Source of the DNA: Octopus sinensis
Taxonomy: Eukaryota
DNA: 64,000 nucleotides
Direction of reading: 5' to 3'
NCBI RefSeq assembly: GCF_006345805.1
Contig: NC_042997.1
Coordinates: 176,266,001 to 176,330,000, forward strand
Shown: piece after piece, positions 1-14,100 of the stretch
Layout of the letters: every line of letters begins with the position of its first letter
Numbering within the stretch: position 1 is the first letter of the stretch
Position numbers and translations under genes: made by a program
The notes under the pieces: generated by a model
Told to the model about the DNA's origin: nothing
Database searches by the model: none
Seen by the model: only the letters and a program-made list of their open reading frames with translations

Positions 1-578
1 CTGTCCAACACATGCCAGTATGGAATAACAGACTTTGAACAAAAAAAATATGTAATGTAAGATTACGTAAGAAAACTGTTTTGTTATTTAGTTGTTTGTA
101 AGTTTAGATTCAACTGGAATATAGTATTTGGTTTTGTACATTCGAACTTTCTACTGCTGTAGTTCTCATATGTTAACTGTTGTAAAAGTTGTATTGTTTT
201 CCTGTGAGCTAAGTATCTTCTGTATCTCTGATTCATGTAATTCACTTGACATCATATGAAGTTTTATCTTGTGAACTATGTTATATATACCATATAATGC
301 ATGATAACCCAATTATACATGTATATACGTATATATGTGTGTGTGCTTGTGTGCGTGTGTGTATAGATAATTAAATGTGATATTTTTAACATTCTTTATT
401 CAATAGGCATGGGTATCCTACGTTTCAAGCACTCATTATGCTTTTTGAATATTTCCCTCTCTGTATTATAGCAGTTTGCATGTTAGCTTTTATGTCACTG
501 TATATATTGATATATAAGATGAAATCTGAAGTTTGAACTTGTTAACTAAAACTAAGTACTGGCATATATATATATATA

Positions 579-648
579 TATAATCAAAATAAGCAACAAG
601 GATATCCAGAGGTTATCCTGGATATCCTTGTTGCTTATTTTGATTATA
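579..648. repeat. Perfect 31-bp inverted repeat, 8-nt loop
   Basis: TATAATCAAAATAAGCAACAAGGATATCCAG / CTGGATATCCTTGTTGCTTATTTTGATTATA. Confidence 0.95.
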
Positions 649-2549
649 ATAACCCCATTTTGAATTATATGGATAATACCATACCAAATTCTGGTGCCTT
701 TAACTTAAGTACCATATTCAACTGTATATATATATATATATACATACACACACACACATACACATGCACATATATATATATATAAGATCTAAAACTATAG
801 TTTACTACATGTTTGCAGTTCCAAATGTTATATGCTATAATATAAAGTATGCTGTGGTCATTGTAAAGTGGAAGCTAAGTTTGTTGTAAACCAAGTCCAG
901 AATCTGTCTCCCATTCTCATTTGCAGCTTTTTCCCTTTGCTTATGTCACTCATTCCTTTGAAAGGACCTCATTGCTGCAACACTCATTTTCTCCACTCCC
1001 TGAGTCAGTGCAAAGCCAACTGAAAAATTACTTTGCAAACAACCAAACAATAGATTTATTTTGTTTTGTTTTGTTTTTTTTCAAATCAGTATAATATTGA
1101 TTGATTATATATTTGAATTTCTACGATAATTGCTAAAATATTAATTATTTTTAAAATAATTGAAACTTTCCAGAATTAGAACAATTAATTCTAATAATTT
1201 GTGTTTGTTACTTCTATGTTACATTTTGATGTGCAATATTTAATATTCAATAATAACATATTAGCATATATAAAATAAAGAAAATGTTTATTGCTAATTA
1301 TATTTAGAAGTTAATTCTTTGAATAATATTCTTTGAAGTAAAAGAAACAAAATTAAATGTTTATTTGCCACTGGCCAATTATTATTTTCTTTTTCCTTTT
1401 ACTGTGTGACAGGCTATATAATTGATCAAATTGACTTCAATATATCAATAGCAAATATTTTATTTATAAAAATAATCACAGCAGGATTTGAACTCAAAGC
1501 CATATTGACAAAATTAAACTTTATGATGCATCTAATTCTCTGCTCTGTCATTTCATTTCTTTAATCCTTTTTTTTAATTATTACCATACATTCACTCAAA
1601 TCATATTAATTTCCAACATTGGCACAATGTCACATTTTGATGAAGTGTATAGTTATGACAAGTATTTAATTTATTATCTGAAGAAAGATGAAGAGTACGG
1701 TTGGCTTCAGTAAGTTTTGAACTCAAAAATGTTAAGAGACATAAGGAATCACAACAGTTGTACCGATCCACCTACCTAGAGTATAGTATGCCGACATTAA
1801 GTGTAGAACCACTGAAAAATGTACAGAAACACAAGGAGAGAGTGAGAGTGTGTGTGTGTGTGTGATTTAATATCAATGCTGTTCATATGGTCTACTGGCC
1901 AGAGAAACACTTTTTTGCTTTGCATCATGTCATTACTGAAATGGGTTAGCTTCCACCTAAAATATGATTCACCAGAATCATGCCCATTAATTCTTCAGTA
2001 TTTTTCACATTTTTATTATTAATAATATAATAGAGGAATTGGTTGTATTGACCTGCTGGATACTAAAAGCAAATTTCATTTGATATTGAAATTTACTTAT
2101 TTGCTCATTTAGAAATGAGAATAGTTTCTGGATTACAAATCTAGGGGATATCTGCATCATGTCCAAGCAAGCACCTCTACATATACTATTATTATTGACT
2201 AATGATAATGAAACTCTTGGTGGCTACTTTCCAAGCTTTATTCAACTCAGTTGCTTAGTTACAGTTCAAAATATCATTGCTCTATGTACTCTTACTATGG
2301 TCACCTAGATTACTTCCAGTTGTACTATTCAGTTCCAGTTGTAAGTATGGAAACCTATACATGTGTGCATTAAATAATAGTAACATTATAATAACCATCT
2401 ATGTCTTTGATTAAGATTATCTATATTCTTAATGGCCCTCTTTACAGAACAATACCAATGCTAGTATTTGTAATATTGGGATTTGAGCTAAGTCAACGCC
2501 TTAATTTTAGTTAACATGGAGCCTTCTTGCCACGTTGTCTTGTTTTCAG

Positions 2550-2586
2550 AGATATCCCTGAAAAGGAAACACCAAACAAAAATTGT
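2550..2586 (+). CDS. Possible 37-nt micro-exon of gene 1 (ISLKRKHQTKIV)
   Basis: Good acceptor ttgtcttgttttcag|. Weak donor GT|GTATTA would end in phase 2, compatible with the exon at 2711. Speculative. Confidence 0.2.
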
Positions 2587-2710
2587 GTATTATTCATTAT
2601 TGTTGCTTCTGTTGTTAATAATTATACTTAATGCTATGTTGACTTTGTTTAATAATGTCTTACTTATTTTTCTGAATTTTATTTCGTTTACTATTTCTTT
2701 ATTTTTGAAG

Positions 2711-2845
2711 TGTACGTGATGCCATTTCTTGCAAATCTCCAGTGGATGAAGACAGCCCTGAAAGGATATCCAACATGCCTTCGGTGATAAATGACTACCC
2801 TTCAAAACTTCCCACATCACAGGCCAGGGCTAAACAAGTTACAAG
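2711..2845 (+). CDS. Internal coding exon of unidentified gene 1 (VRDAISCKSPVDEDSPERISNMPSVINDYPSKLPTSQARAKQVT)
   Basis: T-rich tract then gaag| acceptor; AAG|GTATGT donor; 135 nt open, phase 2-2; richer in GC than the flanks; joins in frame to the downstream exons. Confidence 0.8.
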
Positions 2846-4031
2846 GTATGTTATTTCAACTTCACTGAACAGAAGCAAGCATCTAGAAACTCTTGGCACA
2901 TACACTCACAGTTTATACCTTTGAGTGCATGTGTCTACATTTTAATACATCAAATACTAATTCTGCTTTAAAGGGAGGCACCATATTTTTGCTATAGTAT
3001 TTCAGAATGAAAAAATTAAATGTAAATATCAGAGAAAAGAATTGAATTTTAAGATACTACATAATTTTACATATATAACTTTATAAATTAATCGACAACT
3101 GCTTTCCATTTGTTAAAATTTGAAATTTTAAAGGCTTTCAGGCTATTGTATTTGACTGTATTTTTACCCTTCTTATACTAAAAATAATTGGAATTTGATA
3201 CAAAAATGTATTTATTTAACTGTTTTTATTAAAACGCCTTTGAAAGTCTATGATATTTCAAATGTATTTTGTTGCAAATGAGCAAATTACTACTAAGTAA
3301 ATAGCATTTTGAAAAGGAACTACAATATCTCCATGATTGTCTCCCTTTAAAGATTTTTTTTTTTTTTTTCATATTAAAAATTAACGATTTTAATCAAACA
3401 TTTATCTTATCAAAACATTTAAAAGTGGTGTAGAAAATCATTTTGCTTTCCATCAGAACTAGATTGTTAAGTAATTTGTAGCTAATTCTTAAATTTGATA
3501 TTGAGTAAAATATCAGAAAGGTTTTGTATTTATACAACACCATGTGCACACACACACACACACACAGACAAACACACAAACACATATCATAAACAATTTT
3601 TATAGTTATAATAATCAATTTTTTTTTAATATTACCCCTTAATTTATTTAAGACATAATTTTTTATTTCCTTCTGTGAAGCAGTATGTATATATACACAC
3701 ACACATATATAGATATAGTCATAAGTGCATCATAAGTATAAACAATATAAACAGTAGCATAATGGCTGTGCAGCTAAGGTGCTGAATTGCAGACCACATC
3801 ATCATGGGTTCAAACCTTATTGTTGCACTATTGTCCTGTAGTCCTGAACAAGGATTATCAGTTTGCATAAGTAGTAAAAGTAAGTTCCTCTCCTTCACAT
3901 TTGAGTGGTTTGTGGCAAGAAAGATATTCATTGCTCCATCAAAAACCATTCCACTTTCACTAGTATGGAAAAGTTCATGTAATAGATGCACACATCAAAC
4001 ATTTTTTTAATTTCTTTCATTTAAACTAGAA

Positions 4032-4200
4032 GTGCAGGAGTGGCTGTGTGGTAAGTAGCTTGCTAACCAACCGGGTTCAGTCCCACTACGTGGTACCTTG
4101 GGCAAGTGTCTTCTACTATAGCGTTGAGCCGACCAAAGCCTTGTGAGTGGATTTGGTAGACGGAAACTGAAAGAAGCCCGTCGTATATATGTATATATAT
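4032..4200 (+). mobile_element. tRNA-headed SINE family A, 5' half
   Basis: GCAGGAGTGGCTGTGTGGTAAG (A box)...GGTTCAGTCCC (B box)...CTTGGGCAAGTGTCTTCTACTATAGC. Other copies lie near 4770(-), 14860(-), 38740(-), 42383(+), 46495(+) and 54718(+). Confidence 0.85.
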
Positions 4201-4482
4201 ATATATGTGTTTCATATGCCTGTCATATTTGGTAGTATATATTGGTATTGCCTGACCCAGAGTATATATTGTTTGACTGATCCAAATATTCAACTCATGC
4301 CCACTAGCTAAACTAAAGATGATCAGTAGGTACAACAGACAAAATGTTGTTACTATAACAACCAAGATGAGCCTGAATATCTATTATTTGAACTGCAGCT
4401 AGTCCAAGAAATAGATAATAAACCGCAGCTAGTTCAGCTAAAAACCCTTCAGTGGTGCCCACATAAATTAAGTTACAGGAAC

Positions 4483-4686
4483 TGACTGGCCCCTTGCTGG
4501 TGGCACGTAAAAAGCACCCACTACACTCTTGGAGTGGTTGGTGTTAGGAAGGGCATCCAACTGTAGAAACTCTGCCAGATCAAGATTGGAGCCTGGTGCA
4601 GCCATCTGGTTCGCCAGCCCTCAGTCAAAATTGTCCAACCCGTGCTAGCATGGAAAACGGACATTAAACGATGATGATGATGATGA
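4483..4686 (+). mobile_element. Repeat family B: RTE-LINE 3' end or RTE-tailed retroposon
   Basis: GGCACGTAAAAAGCACCCACTACACTCT..GTTAGGAAGGGCATCCA..CATGGAAA..GGAC.TTAAAC(GAT)n. Other copies lie near 5357(-), 13312(-), 14540(-), 15690, 31978, 51860, 55228 and 63578. Confidence 0.85.
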
Positions 4687-5651
4687 ATATAAGCAAACCA
4701 ATTCCAGTTGTCAAACAATGGAGATTGAGACATACACTCACACATACACACACACACACCTATATGTATGTATGATGGGTTTCTGTGTATCAAATTCTCT
4801 CACAACACCATAGTTAACCCAGGGATACCAGCCTATTGTAAAAGACACTTGACCAAGGTGCATTGCAGTGGGACAGAACCCAAAATCATGTCATTGCAAA
4901 GTGAGTTTCTTAACCGCACAGCCATGCCTGCACTTATGTCACTGTATAATAATTATACTTCCCACCTTTCAAAATTTTAAACAAAATTTTTGCAGAGTAA
5001 AATAGCCAAATGTCAAGAATATTGGATCCTCATCTTAGTTCGTTGTTTAATTTGTACCTTCTGCTGGTGTTTTATTTTGTCTTAGAGCAAGCTACATTAT
5101 TGTAGGGGCCTTACTTCATGTAGCTGTTAAGAATAGGTATCAGCTTGCTTTTGTCAATAAAGCTACCAGTGTAATACCACTATTTCTTAACCCTGTGAGA
5201 TTCCTCTCATTCCACTTTCATACTACAAAACTTATAGAAGAGGTTGAATACTAGAACTATGAGCATTTCAGCTTCATGAAAGAAATAACTTTTAACAAAT
5301 TTACCTACTCAGCAATTTAACAATTTCGTTTTTAAATGTAAAATGACGATGATTTTATCATCATCATCATCGTTTAACGTTCATTCTCCATGCTAGCATG
5401 GGTTGGACGGTTCAACTGGGGTCTGGAGAGCCAGTAGGCTGCACCAGGCCCAGTCTGATCTGGCAGTGTTTCTACAGCTGGATGCCCTTCCTAACTCCAA
5501 CCACGTGCCACCTGCACAGGTGCCAGACGAGGCTGGCAAACGGCCACGATCAGATGGTACTTTTTATGTGCCACCGGCACGGGGGCCAGACGAGGCTGGC
5601 AGATAACATTATATATATATATATATACATACATACAGAGAGAGAGAGAGA

Positions 5652-6036
5652 TGCAGGTATGGCTGTGTAGTAAGAAGCTTGCTTCTAAACCACATGGTTT
5701 CAGGCTCAATCTCACTACATGGTACTGCATGGCAAGTGTCTGCTACTATAGCCTTGGGCCAATCAAAGCCTTGTGAGTGGATTTGGTTGACAGAAACTGA
5801 AAGAAGGCCATCGTATACGTGTGTGTGTGCCAGTGTTTGTTCCCCTATCTCTGCTTGATAGCTAGTATTGGTGTGTTTACATGACTTAGTAGTTCAGTAA
5901 AACAGACTGATAGAAGAAGTGCTAGGCTTAAAAAATAAGTCCAGTCCAGACGTCAATTTGTTCAACTAAAAAAAAAAACCTTCAGGGCAGTGCTCCATCA
6001 TGGCAGCAGTCAAATAACTGAAACAAATAAAAGAAT
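5652..6036 (+). mobile_element. SINE family A, near full length, diverged
   Basis: Same head and the GTGCTCCA.CATGGC.GCAGTCAAAT.ACTGAAACAA tail. Confidence 0.8.
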
Positions 6037-6041
6037 ATGTA

Positions 6042-6081
6042 TACACACACACACACACACACACACACCACACACACACAC

Positions 6082-6164
<83 letters not shown>
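6042..6164. repeat. Compound (CA)n(TA)n microsatellite, representative of many in the window
   Basis: Seen directly; also (CT)n at 11005-11127, 20850-20935, 36267-36315 and 36804-36850, and (ATT)n(AGT)n at 13080-13220. Confidence 0.95.
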
Positions 6165-6167
<3 letters not shown>

Positions 6168-8773
6168 TCCACATTACTACATAAGGTGCATAGGGTCAGT
6201 TTCTCACTTTCTCTGGCATATAGATTATAAATTAAGGTTCACACTGTTATTTTTATCTTCTTTCATTTCTCTTTATTCATTTACTAACTCAAAAGCCGCA
6301 CTCTGTGTGCACTTTTAAGCTAGTTCCTGTGGAGGGCTAACTGGGCCTGCAACCCAAAAGTAAGAGCTAAATAGCACAACTATAATACGTCTATAATGAC
6401 TATTTGCCCTGGTGGTGTTTGATCAGATGGATGAGAATCAATTTTGTAATGCAATCGTTTTATTGTTCCAGTCCCAAGTTGAATTCCAACTGTTGGCCAT
6501 TTTGTCTCAAAGTTCTTATCTCGGTATAAAATTAATGAAGCAAATGTCATTCATCTTTCCCTTGATCTCTGACATCATCTGACAAACACCAACCAAGCTG
6601 GCATGAATCAGCCAAGCTTTGCCTGCTAGAAATAGCAACCCAAATGCTTTAAAATCAAATCCCAATGCTGGATGCTCAAGAACCAAATGAAGGGAGATTT
6701 TCAATCCGAGAATCATCCCAATTCCAAAAAGTTATAATATGTCTATATAAAGCAAATATAGACTGAGATACAGGGGTCCCAGACGGACAGACAGAATTTC
6801 GCTTTTATTATTATAGACTTCTATTTATTTTACTTTTTATTCTTTTAATATATGTGCACAAAGAATTTCTAAATTTTCATGTTGTTGCAGTCAATAATTA
6901 TTTGCAATTAGTTATATTAATTATACATCATGAATTACAATTAGGATTGAAAGAGACTCCAATAAGTTTTATTTTTTATTTTCTTCTATTTTTTTTCACA
7001 ATCAATTCTACACAAACTTCTACTTTTTTGTTTGTCTTTTTCCCCCCTTGTAATTTTCCCTCATCCATAGTAGAAAGGATTGTTGTTATTATTTTTAGTA
7101 GTAGTAGTAGTAGTATTATTATTGAGTGAAAGAGCAGCACATGCCATCAAAGAGACACTGGGGTAAAATATATGAAGCCCATTATAGCCATCATGACTAC
7201 CTGTCTGATAAGGGTACACCAGGCACTATTATTATTATTACTATTATTATTATTATTATTATTATTTGTTCATGTACACAACATACTGCCCAGTCCAGAA
7301 ATTAAAATCACAACTACATACCTTAAGTGCACTGTAACATTGTTTCATCTCTCACTATTCCAAGATAAAATTTCACCAAATTGGACTTTTTGCCAGAGTA
7401 CATGAAATAAGTATGGCCAATATTCAACACCAGGTTCTGTACACTAATTTATGAGATCGTTATTATGACATCTCTTGTTGACAATTGGTGATCTTAGGAT
7501 TAATTTACAGTGGTAGTGGTGGTACCAGTTCTTCATGCTCTTTTGTTGCTTATTTTGATAACTTTTGCTTGGAAAATGGATCCACACCTGGACCTTGACT
7601 ACTGATTGAGTATAAATATTTCTCATGAAGATTTTGATTATCACACTTTAAGATGGCTTGTCTTGAAAGCTTGTCATAAAGAATGAAAGAAAGGTAGAGT
7701 GGAATAAATGTTCATAGCATTCTACTCCAGTAATCTACATTCTAAATTGAAAACTTTATCAACTTTTCCATTCCTTCTTCGAGGAAATGATGAAATGAGT
7801 ATCAGGTGTGTTCTAGGGTTGATTCAATTGATTATACTTCTTTGCTGTAAATTTCTAACATTATGCCAAAATATGATTTATTTTTCATAAGACATTCAAA
7901 GATAAATTCAAATTACACATCTTACCAATTGAGCTTCATCAAATTCTTTGATATGTTAATTACTAAAAGCAACAGAGGTTACTATGATCATAAAATACTA
8001 GAATTGGTTTAGAATGTTACTGATCAGATTTTACCCCTCATTGTACAATAGTCAGTAAGGTAGGTACCAGTAATTTATTAGTGCTTATTCAGTCAAATAT
8101 ACCTCTTCTGAGAAAAGTAACCTTACCAGTTATGCACAGTGGTCATTGGTATTCACTAACTCTTTCCTTTCAAAATTTAGACCTTAAGCCTAAATAAGAA
8201 ACCATTTTTTCTGCTTAATAATTATACTGATATCTACTTTTTAGTTGTTTTCTTTTCTTTTTTTCTTTTTTGTTTTCCACTCTGCCCCTATCTAGTTACT
8301 TACATATCAATCTATAGCTAACAAGCTATCCATCTATCACCAGCTGTTAAGCATCCAATCTATCTTAATTTTATTCTACATTTACAATTTCTTTTGATTT
8401 TTTTAAAAACTAATTTTAATATCTAAACATCATCATACAGCGGTGGTGCCCCAGCATGGCCGCGGCCTTCGGGCTAAAACGTTTTTAAGGATTTATACAG
8501 AAATTAGTTTTTCATACACACAAGCACACACTGAAAAGATTAATTTTTACTAATTCATTCTTTAAAATCCATCATAAACAAAACCTTTGTTACTTGTCTT
8601 TCTTTAACCTTTGACTTCATATATATATATATATATATATATACATACATATATATACATATATGTGGGTTTTTTTATCATCTATTTGTTATAGTATTTT
8701 AATAATGTATAGTTATAGAAAAAAACCCTGATATTTTACACAAACTGGGTAAGTGGTTTGGTTGCTGTTTTAG

Positions 8774-9065
8774 GCTCAGCGAGCAGCTACTAAATTCCAC
8801 CACTGACATGTTGTGTCACATAGCCAACAGTTGCTGCATTGGGGGGACAACGGCAACTGTTGCAAGCCTAGCAAGCTGTGGCATTACTGGTGATGGAGGA
8901 GGTGGGAATGGAATTACTACTACTGCTACTACTACTACTGTTGCTGCAGCTGCTGGTGATGGTGATCAGAAAGTTTCGGGACCAAAGTTCTACAGCAAAG
9001 AAGCTCCAGGAACCAAAAGCAAGGATCTGGCGAGCATGAGGTGGGAAACAACCGCCACTCTCTAG
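8774..9065 (+). CDS. Candidate alternative terminal exon of gene 1 (RLSEQLLNSTTDMLCH...MRWETTATL*)
   Basis: ctgttttag|G acceptor in phase 2 matching exon 2711-2845; 292 nt open to TAG; GC-rich island with G/T/A low-complexity runs. Confidence 0.6.
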
Positions 9066-11054
9066 CAATTTTAACAAATTTTTAAAAATCCAAAAAGCCT
9101 GCTCGCTTTCTAGGGAACATGACTGCCATCTGAAAGGCTGATATGGCCATTAGTTCTGCATAAGTTTTTCCATGTTCATTTTACATTCTTCTATCGAGCA
9201 GTGTTTGTTTGGTCTCTGTTTTGTCTGGTGATCAGAAGTATTTAACAAACATGCTTTAATACTTAGTAGGTTAAAAATTAAAATATTTTCATATCCATAG
9301 CAATAAAAGTGCATATGTGAGAGAGACACTGTGTATGTGTGTGTGCATGTGTATACATGCATGTGTGAGGGAAGGTTTTATGCATTGACTGTCTATATAG
9401 TGAAGTGATAAATTCTCAGCAAACAGTCTCCAATGCAGTTTTTATTCACGGTTGGGTTTTTTGTCTTAGGTACATAAAAGTCTCCAGAAGAGGCAAGATT
9501 ATTACATCTCACTTACCATCTCTCTGGCTAAAATCTTATAAGTATCTATTCTGAAGCAATGAAGTAATTCTCATTGTGATCAGAGCCTGACCTGTACCAA
9601 AGAGATAGTGCTAAATTGGATGTGATGAAAGCATTACTGTGTAGATTGAATTGATATAGTTTTGGTGGGGTTTGTTTATTTTTATCTACTGGATTGAAAT
9701 AATACAACACAAGCATGTGGTTAGGATACCAAGGAAAGTGGGACCATTTTTTTATCAGTACAAGGTGCAAATGATAAATTATAAGTGGTTTTAGAAAATT
9801 AATTGAAAAATAAAATTGTTGAAAATCCTTTCTTTCCTCTGTTGCCCTAGTTAGTACTAAATAAATGAAATTTAAAACAACTTAAATTTAATGCAGTGGA
9901 ACCTGAGTTCTTATTCTATTATTTCCCGTTCAGCAGTGATTATGCCTTAATGTTTTGTCAGTTAAACCATGGGAGTATTGATAGGTACCAGTGTTGGGTT
10001 GTGCACATGGCGCCAGTTGGCCTTAATTTGACTCTGGTCATGCACATCCTTCCTTATATTTTAGGACACAGAGTATCTAGCCAGGGCCTGTAAGAAGGAG
10101 ATTCAGGTTGTACTTCAATCTTGGGCTCAAAAGGTTGAATAGGGACTTATGACTATGTCTTGAGTCCTTCTCTAATGGAAAAAATCAAACCTAACAACAC
10201 GCTTGTTCCACCTTACCAAATTTCTCTTGGTGGTCCTGTCCATAACTGTATTATCAGTATAATTTGAGAACTATTTGGTTATTTTCTCTAGCAGACTGCG
10301 TGAAGCCTCTTCTAGAGGCTTCTTCATTGATTTTCCATAATTATTATGAGTGGAAAAATTTTGAAATTGATATTCTAGTTGTCTGAAATTTACTGCTTAA
10401 AATAACACATCATATGTATACGTATATGGGTAACAGTTATAACTTTCATGGTTAAAATTAACTTTTAATAGACTGTCTTTCTATCCAGTAAAAATATTTA
10501 TTTCTCATCTGCTTAACTCTAAGGAAAGCCAAGTCAAGCATCATTTCAGTGGTTTGAAACACACACACAAAAAAAACAAAAAAAAAAGTTAAGATATTCT
10601 GCACCGTAGCTTATGACTTTCACAGAATTTCCTAGTAGAAATGGCATTAGATTAGCAGCTTGTGGTTTATGATTTCAAACTCACTATACAGTTACTTAAA
10701 TCCATTATCTCAAGATACACTGAACTGCTGGTAATAATTATATAAAACCTGAGTAAAGTTGCTAGAGATATGTTGTTATTCAATTTGCAGAGGTGAGGAG
10801 ATTTGTCTCTTACCTCTTAAAAACTGTTACACAAACTGGAAATAGTGGTTTAATTGATATTGGAGATTCAAGAGAGTATTATCATTTCACTTCATTCCTA
10901 ATCAAGATCCCTAACTCTTGTAATTCAACCTGGAACTGCACTGCTATTAGAAGCTCTTCAGAAAGGCTTCTTAGCTTTCCAAGTACCATTCTGAACTTTG
11001 AAGTTCTCTCTCTCTCACCCTTTCTCTATTTCTCTCTCTCTCTCCCTCTCTCTC

Positions 11055-11113
<59 letters not shown>

Positions 11114-11296
11114 CTCTCTCTCTCTCATATTAATTGGAACAAAAATTACAGAACTGGCTCTAGGGCAGAGTTTTGTGCTATGCTCAAAGCTCTCAGCTCC
11201 TGAATCATTTTTATTGTCTACTCATTAATAAATAAATATATATGCATTCATACACTCTCAAAACCACATACACACACACACACACATGTGCATAAG

Positions 11297-11332
<36 letters not shown>

Positions 11333-13132
11333 GCAGTCGCCATATTTCCATCCATAACAGCTACCTCTGAAGATCGCAGAGTTACATAATTGGACTGTTA
11401 CCTAACATTCTGTTAAACCTCTAGTGCAAAACCAATTGATAAGATTGGTCATGATGGATATATAATACTGTATATTTCAATTTATATATATATATAAATA
11501 TATATACACACACACACACACATATACCACACACACATATATACATATACATACACACACACACACACATACATATATACAAATACACTCATGCATACAC
11601 TTACTGGTTGTAGAATTTTAGCAAATTGTTCACTCCTTTACACCTTTTTGAATTCAATATATTTATGGTGATCCTTTTGTTTCTATACTCCAAATTGTGA
11701 CATCTTTGGTATATCATAGTCTCACTGTTGATTGGGTGGTGAATGGATTATATACATTCAACCCCATTCATGGTGTAGCCACTTTTATTTTTCTATCTAC
11801 AAAATAAAAAATTTTCAATACAAAAATAGATAAATATTCTTTGATTAACTTGTAACAAAATATAAAACACATTTTTTGTTTCTTTTTCATTTGGGGTCAT
11901 TTTTAGGAGATAGGGCTGGCTTAAATTATTGCTTATATTTTTTACTAAAAAGAAAAAAATACAAATGTTAAAATTCTCACAATCTATGACCCATAACACC
12001 AGACATAACTCGATCATTGAACACTGTTCGAATGTGTACTTTTTGCTACTGGCTGCAGTTTTCTGTGATTAAATCCATTTTTATGCTTTTAGGAAACTGT
12101 GTTGTTTGTGAGTGTAGTTTTTTTTTTTTTTTTTCTCCATTGCCGTTATGAATATGTGAAGTAAACAACTCAATGTAATAAATGCTTCTTTTCATAATGT
12201 TTGCTATTTCTGATATTTTGCAAACTCATTTGATATTCCTAACATTTTCGTACTTAATTTTAAACATCATTTATTGGTCTAAAACTTTAAAACTGTTTCT
12301 CTCTTGATTAAATTTTTACATGTTGTATCATGGGAGGGTTGTTTTCTCAATAAGAAACACACTGACAACATCTGCTTCAGCATATGATTTTACATTAGGA
12401 ATCTTGCAAAACGAACACAAAAACAAAATTAACTTTATATATGTATATTTACTTTAAATCACTTGAAATATGTTTTTACTACCCTGATTGAAGAGACCTG
12501 CTCAAAGGCATTCCAGCCATAACCATCCAGTTTTTTGTTGTTTTTTTTCAGATTACATAGGACTACAATATAAAATATATCTTTCCCCCCCATTCAGTAT
12601 GATAGGGTGTGTTTGAGTGACTTTGTTGGGTTTTTCTAGCCAGTTGAATGATCACGTGATAGTTCTGGTACTGGTTTGTGGCCTCTAAACTTTGTTTTGA
12701 ATTCAAATCCTGGCAAAGTCTCAATTTAGCCTTTCATCCATCTGTGGCTGATAAAATACCAGTCGAGTACTGGAATCTATTTTTGACTCATCCCTCACCC
12801 TGACAATTGCTATCATTATATCTCAATTAGAAACTATTATCATTATTATTATTATTAGTAGTAGTAGTAGTAGTAGTAGTAGTGAATGTAGTAGTAGCAG
12901 TAGCAGCAAGCTAGCAGAATCATTAGAATGTTGGAAAAATGCTTTGCAGTATTTGATCCAGCTCTTTACATTCAGAATTCAAATCCCACTGCAGCCAATA
13001 AAGTGCCAGTCAAGTACTGGCAATGATCATCAACTAAGCCCTTCCCAAAAAGTTACTGGCCTTTTGCGAATATGTGAAGCTATTATTATTATTATTATCA
13101 TTATTATTATCATTATTATTATTATTAGTAGT

Positions 13133-13189
<57 letters not shown>

Positions 13190-13614
13190 TAGTAGTAGTA
13201 GTAGTAGCAGCAGCAGTAGTTAGTGTTGCATCACTGAAAACTAGGTCTGGATTCACTAACATAACATTCCTAGCAATAAAATCTACAAATTCTGTCCAAG
13301 TGTTGATTTCATTATCATCATCATCTTCTTAACATCCACTTTTCCACGCTTGCATGGGTTGGATGAAATTTGTTGTAGCTGATTTTCTTCAACTGAATGC
13401 CCTTCCTGCTACTGACCCTCTCCTGTTTCCAAAACAAGGTAATATTTTCCCCATGGCCAGACATGCTTCTGCAGAATATTGGAAATGAATGACACTGCTT
13501 GTATGACAGTGACACTCATTTACAACTTTCACACAATGTCAAGACAAGGAGACACAAGCATATACACTCACATGTCAAGACAAGGAGACACCATATACAC
13601 TCACATGCATATGG

Positions 13615-14100
13615 ACTGATAAATGACAGATGAGAGTTCTACAATTTCTTGCTGAACAATCTACACAGATGATTTGTATGTAGTCTGGCAGCTGACTTTG
13701 CAGACACCCATAAAATTATTAACCATCTTACAAACAATAACTCTGAGCACCTTTTCAAACTCCATCTGTCTAACGCCCGCGGACATGTTTACAAAGTCAG
13801 AAAATAGCACAGCTCCCATGACTTTCGGAAACATTTTTTCACGCTTAAGAGTTGCTGAAGTATGGAACAAACTGCTGGCATCAGTTGTTAGTTGTCGGAG
13901 CACTGCATCCTTCAAAACTTCCATGCTTCCTAAGATTCGCCAACACTACACCTGATTTTCTCCTCTCCATACACACACAAGCATGTATCTGATTCATACA
14001 CTGTTCACTTTCCAGACATTTGTACATTACTGCATATTCTTTATATGCATTTTCAACAAGTTGTGCACCTGAGCACTGTATACAATAATTTCATTATTAT
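13615..14100 (+). mobile_element. CR1/L2-type LINE 3' fragment
   Basis: FSRLRVAEVWNKLLASVVSCRSTASFKTSM resembles the R....WN.LP..VV...S...FK end of CR1-group ORF2; short (ATT)n tail. Confidence 0.65.

Noticed and set aside
4032-4100. SINE heads as tRNA genes
   Set aside because: A and B boxes are present but there is no cloverleaf, and they continue into shared SINE bodies.
10793-11228. 136-aa and 76-aa ORFs; a minus-strand LSEELL peptide echoing 28334-28522 and RLSEQLL at 8774
   Set aside because: Length is inflated by (CT)n; the 6-residue echo has no nucleotide-level support and is probably chance.
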